From a virus (taxonomy: Duplodnaviria > Heunggongvirae > Uroviricota > Caudoviricetes), in the IMG/VR virus record IMGVR_UViG_2534681675_000022: a DNA stretch of 11,637 bases, one strand, 5' to 3'. This document shows positions 7,395 through 11,637 of the stretch, in pieces. Numbering within the stretch: the first letter of the stretch is position 1; the number at the start of each line of letters is the position of its first letter. The translations under genes and the position numbers were made by a program. Below the pieces are notes generated by a model. The model saw nothing but the letters and a program-made list of their open reading frames with translations, did no database searches and had not been told where the DNA came from.

Positions 7395-7444
7395 ATTGCG
7401 CAAAATGCAATCATGATTATAATCATAACTGGATGAACATCCAG
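7395..7444 (+). promoter_or_regulatory. Candidate late-operon promoter with embedded palindromic operators
   Basis: Perfect TATAAT (7418-7423) with a weak -35 (TTGCGC, 17-bp spacer). The -10 sits inside a perfect 14-bp palindrome ATGATTATAATCAT (7413-7426), followed by a perfect 16-bp palindrome CTGGATGAACATCCAG (7429-7444). Confidence 0.4.
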
Positions 7445-7479
7445 TTGTGATTTTTTAAGTCAAAGAGGAATTTCTGACT

Positions 7480-7686
7480 ATGGCAGAAGAGAAAAAAGGC
7501 GGTGTTTCGGTGTACATAAGCCCCGAAATCGTGGAGGTGCTCAAGCAGCGCCACAAAAAAAACTATGAGGCTGGCGTAGCGGCTGGACTGGATCCGCTGA
7601 TGACGCCGGAGCCGTCGATAGGTTCACTTGTGCGCTCTTATTTACTTGCGGCGCTTGGGATGCATAAAAATTATGGGGGTGAATAA
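7480..7686 (+). CDS. Hypothetical protein (68 aa), first gene of capsid operon
   Basis: ATG 7480 with AGAGGA upstream; its stop overlaps the ATG of the major capsid gene. Confidence 0.55.
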   Translation: MAEEKKGGVSVYISPEIVEVLKQRHKKNYEAGVAAGLDPLMTPEPSIGSLVRSYLLAALGMHKNYGGE

Positions 7687-8741
7687 TGGCAGGCAAAGCA
7701 ACGGCACTTAACACTAACCAGCTTTTTGCGTACCTGAATCGCGGGGATATTGCGGAATTTAAATTCAGTCCGCTGTTTACCACGCTGTTTTTCCCGAACG
7801 TGGCGACATTCAGCACCCAAAACATCATGCTGGATACCCTGGACATTGAAGAAGTCACCATGTCGGCGTTTTGTTCGCCTATGGTTGGCAGCCAGGTACA
7901 GCGCGATAAAGGATACGAAACCAGCACGATTAAACCTGGCTACATGAAGCCAAAGCACGAAATCGATCCAACAAAAACCATCATGCGCATGGCTGGAGAA
8001 GATCCGGCACAGCTTAACGACCCTACCTACCGACGTATGCGCCTGATTACTGGCAACATGCGCCGCCAGGTAAACGCCATTAAAGCGCGCGTGGAATGGC
8101 TGGCGGTGAATGCGATAACGACCGGAAAAAACATTATTGAGGGCGAAGGCATAGAACGCTATGAAATAGACTGGAAAATACCGGAAAACTGCATCATAGA
8201 GCAGGCCAAGGGTAAAAAATGGTCCGAGCAGGATAAAGAGATGCACGACCCAATCTATGACATCGAGCTTTATGCAGATCAGGCTGGTTGCCCCGCAAAC
8301 GTCATGATTATGGGCGCTGAGGTATGGCGCACGTTACGCAGCTTTAAAAAATTCCGTGAGCTGTACGATCTTTCCCGTGGTTCAGAATCCGCCGCAGAAC
8401 TGGCCTGTAAAAACCTGGGCGAAGTGGTGAGCTTTAAAGGCTATCTGGGCGATATTGCCCTTATCGTCTATTCCGGCAAATACGCTGACAGCGACGGCAC
8501 CGAAAAATATTTCCTTGAGCCTGATTTACTGGTCCTGGGTAACACCAACAATAAAGGCCTGGTGGCCTATGGTGCGATTATGGATCAGGAAGCGGTCAGA
8601 ACGGGCGCAACGCAAAACATGTACTACCCGAAAAACTGGATTGAGGACGGCGATCCGGCGATTGAGTACGTGCAGACACACAGCGCACCGCAGCCGGTAC
8701 CGGCAGATATTCGCAAATTTGTTACCGTCAAAATTGGTTAA
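7686..8741 (+). CDS. Major capsid protein, phage lambda gpE family
   Basis: 351-aa ORF colinear over its whole length with lambda gpE (341 aa) as I recall it: EFKFSPLF vs KFKFDPLF; PGYMKPKHEI vs PGYVKPKHEV; EDPAQLNDPTYRRMR vs EDPQNLADPAYRRRR; SRGSESAAELACKNLGEVVSFKGYLGDIALIVYSGKY vs RRGSNSELETAVKDLGKAVSYKGMYGDVAIVVYSGQY; YPKNWIEDGDPAIEY vs YPKNWVTTGDPAREF. Confidence 0.9.
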   Translation: MAGKATALNTNQLFAYLNRGDIAEFKFSPLFTTLFFPNVATFSTQNIMLDTLDIEEVTMSAFCSPMVGSQVQRDKGYETSTIKPGYMKPKHEIDPTKTIMRMAGEDPAQLNDPTYRRMRLITGNMRRQVNAIKARVEWLAVNAITTGKNIIEGEGIERYEIDWKIPENCIIEQAKGKKWSEQDKEMHDPIYDIELYADQAGCPANVMIMGAEVWRTLRSFKKFRELYDLSRGSESAAELACKNLGEVVSFKGYLGDIALIVYSGKYADSDGTEKYFLEPDLLVLGNTNNKGLVAYGAIMDQEAVRTGATQNMYYPKNWIEDGDPAIEYVQTHSAPQPVPADIRKFVTVKIG

Positions 8742-8752
8742 CGGGGGATTCT

Positions 8753-9088
8753 ATGGACACTCCATACATTGAGTTATTCGCAGGCAGTCAGCAGGTCGCC
8801 ACGACGCTGGTACATTTTGCCGCTGATGCTGGCGTTATTCAGGAATTTACCCCGCTGATGCTGGCGGACAATGGCGAGTTTAAGCCGTGGGATGGTCAGG
8901 AATCTGGCAAGGCTGTTTATCTGACTTCGTACCCCGTGGACACGTCGACGCAGAAATCAGCACAGTGTTACAAGACGGGGATATTTAATATCGCTGCCGT
9001 AAACTGGCCTGAGAGCGCCGACACTGACGCGAAAAAATGCGCTGCCTTTGCGGGGGCTGGCGTATCCGTTCAGCCGCTGGCCCGATAA
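8753..9088 (+). CDS. Head decoration protein, phage lambda gpD family
   Basis: 111-aa ORF. TPLMLADNGEFKPWDG, YKTGIF and WPESADTDAKKCAAFAGAGVSV match lambda gpD ([46 protein letters not shown]). GGGGGA Shine-Dalgarno upstream. Confidence 0.85.
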   Translation: MDTPYIELFAGSQQVATTLVHFAADAGVIQEFTPLMLADNGEFKPWDGQESGKAVYLTSYPVDTSTQKSAQCYKTGIFNIAAVNWPESADTDAKKCAAFAGAGVSVQPLAR

Positions 9089-9097
9089 GCAGGGGGA

Positions 9098-9514
9098 ATG
9101 ATGGCAACGAATGAAAGCATCATGACGCTACCGCTGGCGAGTAAATTTAAAGCCGAAGCGCGGGCAATGGCTGACAGAGGGTTATCAACCTACGAGGGCA
9201 TATATCAACTTAACAAACTGGAAGAGCAGGACAAGCCGCGCGCTGATTCGATTATGGCGCTTGATGAATCTGGCGACTATCAGCCGCTGTTACGTGCAAT
9301 GGCAAACGTGCCTTGTATCGATGTTGGTACGGCTAAAAGCATCCTTAGCATGACCATAGAGCAGGAACGTCCGAAGGTTGCGCCGGAGCTTACCGCAGCC
9401 TTTGAAAACTTTATGGACACGCACAGCCCGCAAGCCGTATCAGCTGGCATGGCATACGATGGCAGAAACCCGGGCGATGACGGCGACATCGATCGCATAC
9501 TGAAAACCATCTGA
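9098..9514 (+). CDS. Hypothetical protein (138 aa) downstream of the capsid genes
   Basis: ATG 9098 or 9101 after AGGGGG; last gene before the terminator and cos. Sits where lambda has FI, but I could not support sequence similarity to FI. Confidence 0.55.
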   Translation: MMATNESIMTLPLASKFKAEARAMADRGLSTYEGIYQLNKLEEQDKPRADSIMALDESGDYQPLLRAMANVPCIDVGTAKSILSMTIEQERPKVAPELTAAFENFMDTHSPQAVSAGMAYDGRNPGDDGDIDRILKTI

Positions 9515-9516
9515 GA

Positions 9517-9542
9517 CAGGCCGGAGAAATCCGGCTTTTTTT
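9517..9542 (+). terminator. Intrinsic terminator after the capsid operon, abutting cos
   Basis: GCCGGA gaaa TCCGGC followed by eight T residues; near-duplicate of the 7251-7273 terminator. Confidence 0.75.
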
Positions 9543-9610
9543 ACGGGTCCTTTCCGGCATATGGACCCGTTACGGGGCGGCGACCTCGCGCGTTTTCGCT
9601 ATTTATGAGC
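9543..9610 (+). other. Lambda-type cos site A: cosQ-side flank, cosN (12-nt cohesive end GGGCGGCGACCT at 9575-9586) and first ~24 bp of the cosB side
   Basis: ACGGGTCCTTTCCGG...GTTACG GGGCGGCGACCT CGCGCGTTTTCGCTATTTATGA is almost base-for-base the lambda right-end/left-end junction as I recall it; similarity ends after TTTATGA. Confidence 0.75.
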
Positions 9611-9719
9611 CTTTTCAGGGGGGTGGTGGTGGTTTTGTTGTTTGCTCTATCTTTATGAATGAAAAGGGAAAGATGCAAACAATACACCAACCTGAAGCAG
9701 TAATTAAGTTGGTGTATTA

Positions 9720-10262
9720 ATGAAATCGCACCTGATGAACAAAAAAAACATGGCGAAAAGCTGCCGTGTAAGTGCGACAGCGTTCGACAAGTGGGGAGTG
9801 ACTCCCGTTGAACGTAAAGGCCGTGAGGCGTTTTATGATGTTGCCAGCGTGATAGACAATAGGGTTAACAATGCAATTAGCCAGCTTACAAACGACAAAG
9901 GCGATATTGATGATGATGAACTCTTACGAGTCAGGATCAGATTACTGACAGCACAGGCGGAGGCGCAGGAACTTAAAAACGAGCGCGATCGCGGTGACGT
10001 GATTGATACTGAGTTTTGCCTGTACGCGCTTTCAAAGCTGGCGAGTCAGATTTCATCAATCATGGACAGCCTCCCGCTTACTATGCAAAGGAGCTTCCCA
10101 CAGATTACCCCCGCCATGCTGGACAGGCTTAAAAGGGAAGTGGTTAAAGCCTGTAATGCCAGTGCCAGAGTTGCCGACAACCTCCCACAGATACTGGCTG
10201 ATTACTTGAAAGAAACAACCGGAAACGTACCGGAAAAGTTGCTACAGAAGAAAGGCAAGTAA
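9720..10262 (+). CDS. Terminase small subunit, lambda Nu1 family
   Basis: 180-aa ORF. C-terminal two-thirds align with lambda Nu1: LLTAQAEAQELKNERD vs LTRAQADAQELKNARD; FCLYALSKLASQISSIMDSLPLTMQRSFPQ vs FCTFVLSRIAGEIASILDGLPLSVQRRFPE; LKREVVKACN vs LKRDIIKAMN. N-terminal wHTH region is recognisable (NKK..., YDVASVI vs YDSAAVI) but divergent in the recognition-helix region. Start could be 9720, 9735 or 9750. Confidence 0.85.
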   Translation: MKSHLMNKKNMAKSCRVSATAFDKWGVTPVERKGREAFYDVASVIDNRVNNAISQLTNDKGDIDDDELLRVRIRLLTAQAEAQELKNERDRGDVIDTEFCLYALSKLASQISSIMDSLPLTMQRSFPQITPAMLDRLKREVVKACNASARVADNLPQILADYLKETTGNVPEKLLQKKGK

Positions 10263-10288
10263 CAGAAGCGCAATTATTGAACAAAAAT

Positions 10289-10490
10289 GAGAAAGGATCT
10301 GATAATGGCATTTTCTGGCTAAAATGCCTCGTGTCAGATCCTTTCTTTTTTTAATATTTTCATTGTTAAACAGTCTGTTACAGAGAAGAAGAACGGATCT
10401 GACTTTTGCCGGAAAATTTTCATAAACAGATAAAAACCGCGAGGTCGCCGCCCCGTAACGGGCCATAATTCCAGGAAGGACCCGACGACA
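10289..10490 (-). other. Lambda-type cos site B in inverted orientation: cosQ-side flank, cosN (10442-10453) and a full cosB-like region with three R-like repeats
   Basis: Minus strand reads CGGGTCCTTCCTGGAATTATGGCCCGTTACG GGGCGGCGACCT CGCGGTTTTTATCTGTTTATGAAAATTTTCCGG ...CCGTTCTTCTTC..., tracking lambda cos for more than 100 bp. Core GGATCTGA/TCAGATCC at 10294-10301, 10333-10340 and 10395-10402 sits where lambda has CGTTTCC/GGAAACG, in the same orientation pattern. The inner 13-bp inverted repeat (10289-10301 / 10333-10345) plus T-run also looks like a terminator for terS. Confidence 0.75.
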
Positions 10491-10517
10491 CCAGGCTATC
10501 AGAACGATGGGGGCACA

Positions 10518-10799
10518 ATGACAGAAGCCGAACTACTGCGATTAATCCGCCGCGTTACCGGAATCAGCCAGCAGCATGACGAACAGGGCACGCAACCGGA
10601 CAGCGTGACCGCTGAAAATTATGCGCGTGTTGTTGCTGAGGTGATGCGCCGTGATGGTATTGAGCTTAACGGCGTGGATATGCGCAACATACGAACCAGA
10701 GTCCTTGAGTTGCTGGCATACCGTCGCCGCGTGGAGATGTATCGGGAGAAGGAGAAAATCACGTACCACTGGAAGAAGCCGGAACGGTTGCGGCGGTAA
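10518..10799 (+). CDS. Hypothetical protein (93 aa) just outside cos B
   Basis: ATG 10518 after GATGGGGG; Arg-rich helical-looking protein; no recognisable family. Confidence 0.4.
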   Translation: MTEAELLRLIRRVTGISQQHDEQGTQPDSVTAENYARVVAEVMRRDGIELNGVDMRNIRTRVLELLAYRRRVEMYREKEKITYHWKKPERLRR

Positions 10800-10882
10800 C
10801 TCACTGAGATTAAAGCAAAGCTCAAAATTGCGCTGGCTGAATGATCATTATGATTACTTATGTTTACGCAGATGATTAAGGC
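10789..10882. repeat. Direct repeat, copy 1 (~90 bp), overlapping the 3' end of the 93-aa ORF
   Basis: GGCGGTAACT...TTAAAGCAAAGC[TG]CAAAATTGCGCTGGCTGAAT[GA]ATCATTATGATTAC...GCAGATGATTAAGG; copy 1 has an extra TTATGTT relative to copy 2. Confidence 0.6.
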
Positions 10883-10922
10883 CTAAACCGTTGATTATTC
10901 CACAATCCCCCATTGGGGGAAG

Positions 10923-11005
10923 CTGGCGGTAACTGGTTGAACTTAAAGCAAAGCGCAAAATTGCGCTGGCTGAATAATCATTATGATTACGCAGATGATT
11001 AAGGA
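10923..11005. repeat. Direct repeat, copy 2 (~83 bp)
   Basis: Same unit as 10789-10882. Contains the AGCGCAA aa TTGCGCT hairpin and the ATCATTATGAT palindrome. Confidence 0.6.
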
Positions 11006-11022
11006 ATGACCGAAGGCGGAAA

Positions 11023-11322
11023 TTCGCCTGTGGTTGATGGGGGAGTTGCAGATCTGCAACTCGACCATGAAATTACGGAAACTACCCGTAGTTTGGGTAG
11101 TAAGAGCAACACCCAGATTTTGGGGCTTACTCGTGATACCCAAATTTGGGGTATCGGCGGCAACCATAACGACTTTCGTTACGGTTGATGCTTTTACCCC
11201 ATTGAGGGAAAGGTATTACGATAATCATAACACCTACCGAACAGGTAAAGCCCACCAGCCTGATTAACTGTTAACCGGAAAAAAATTCCGGTAGGGTTCC
11301 CGATATGGGAATCCCCATATCG
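11023..11322. other. Palindrome-dense non-coding region near the right end of the island (candidate att arm / regulatory or structured RNA region)
   Basis: Consecutive perfect or near-perfect palindromes: AGGCGGAAATTCGCCT; GTTGCAGATCTGCAAC (16 bp); AAACTACCCGTAGTTT; GATACCCAAATTTGGGGTATC; TTAACTGTTAA; CCGGAAAAAAATTCCGG; CGATATGGGAATCCCCATATCG. No convincing ORF. Confidence 0.4.
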
Positions 11323-11484
11323 ACAGCAACGCCCCCTTAAAATTACCCGCCTTTATATTTCTTGTGCCTATTTGTTCCACGTTGTTTCATACAGTGCGCC
11401 GAACGGTGTAGTCACTGGTGTAGTTATTTTGAGTTTTTTTGCACTTCGGGCTTAATTGAAAATATAATTAAATCAGTATGTTAT

Positions 11485-11637
11485 TCAAAATAAGTTATAT
11501 ATAACAGCAATAAATAATGCGAGAATAAACGGCACGAGGATCTCGGCGGCAAAACGGATACCGCAGAGAATAATGACCAGCATTCCCAACATAATGACGA
11601 TTTTTAGACCATTGAGCGTGATGATCGGCTTTGCCAT
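11485..11637 (-). CDS. Short ORF (50 aa): N-terminal fragment resembling the AI-2 exporter TqsA/YdgG (AI-2E family) membrane protein, apparently truncated at the island junction
   Basis: Minus-strand translation from the ATG at 11637: [46 protein letters not shown], then YNLF and stop. This matches the TqsA N-terminus as I recall it for ~46 residues; the downstream sequence becomes AT-rich and unrelated. Confidence 0.5.
   Translation of the reverse strand: MAKPIITLNGLKIVIMLGMLVIILCGIRFAAEILVPFILALFIAVIYNLF

Noticed and set aside
7671-8246. 191-aa minus-strand ORF overlapping the major capsid gene
   Set aside because: Antisense to the gpE-like ORF, which is colinear with lambda gpE; no ribosome-binding site or recognisable protein features.
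7480-10262. Possibility that this is a degraded lambdoid prophage head region rather than a satellite module
   Set aside because: The E-like, D-like and Nu1-like genes are intact, compactly arranged with ribosome-binding sites, and embedded between a satellite-type int/alpA/primase/iteron backbone and the island boundary. There are no fragments of portal, protease, terL or tail genes in any frame. Reductive decay would be expected to leave pseudogene remnants.
10242-10466. 74-aa minus-strand ORF downstream of cosN B, at the position where a Nu1 gene would follow cosB
   Set aside because: The translation is low-complexity (Leu/Ile/Lys-rich), has no similarity to Nu1, and spans the cosB repeats and terminator hairpin. 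It is most likely non-coding.
11020-11330. Possible tRNA or tmRNA at the island end, a common satellite integration target
   Set aside because: The hairpins are perfect DNA palindromes with short AT-rich loops rather than a cloverleaf. I could not identify an acceptor stem, T-loop (GTTCRANYC) or CCA end by eye. A tRNA scan would be needed to exclude this fully.

Overview
The window is essentially one compact (~11.5 kb) phage-satellite-like island from an enterobacterial genome, bounded on the left by a P4-type tyrosine integrase gene (1-1218) and on the right by a truncated host ORF that looks like the 5' end of a tqsA-type transporter gene (11485-11637, minus). Gene order: int; AlpA-type regulator; a leftward module (RHH regulator plus two paralogous small proteins, each behind a conserved ~45-bp leader); a rightward operon of five small ORFs running into a primase/P-loop NTPase replication protein; an iteron origin; a small ORF plus SSB; terminators; a late operon (68-aa ORF, lambda gpE-like major capsid protein, lambda gpD-like decoration protein, 138-aa ORF); a lambda-type cos site; a Nu1-like small terminase; a second lambda-type cos in inverted orientation whose cosB repeats carry a different core sequence; a 93-aa ORF; and a repeat- and palindrome-rich right end. 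No rRNA, tRNA, CRISPR array or IS element was recognised. The most notable features are that a P4-sized element carries its own major capsid and decoration proteins but no portal, protease or large terminase, and that it carries its own Nu1-type TerS together with two inverted cos sites. All homology statements come from reading the ORF translations and from my memory of phage lambda sequences; no database search or computation was run, so coordinates of non-coding features are approximate to a few bp.
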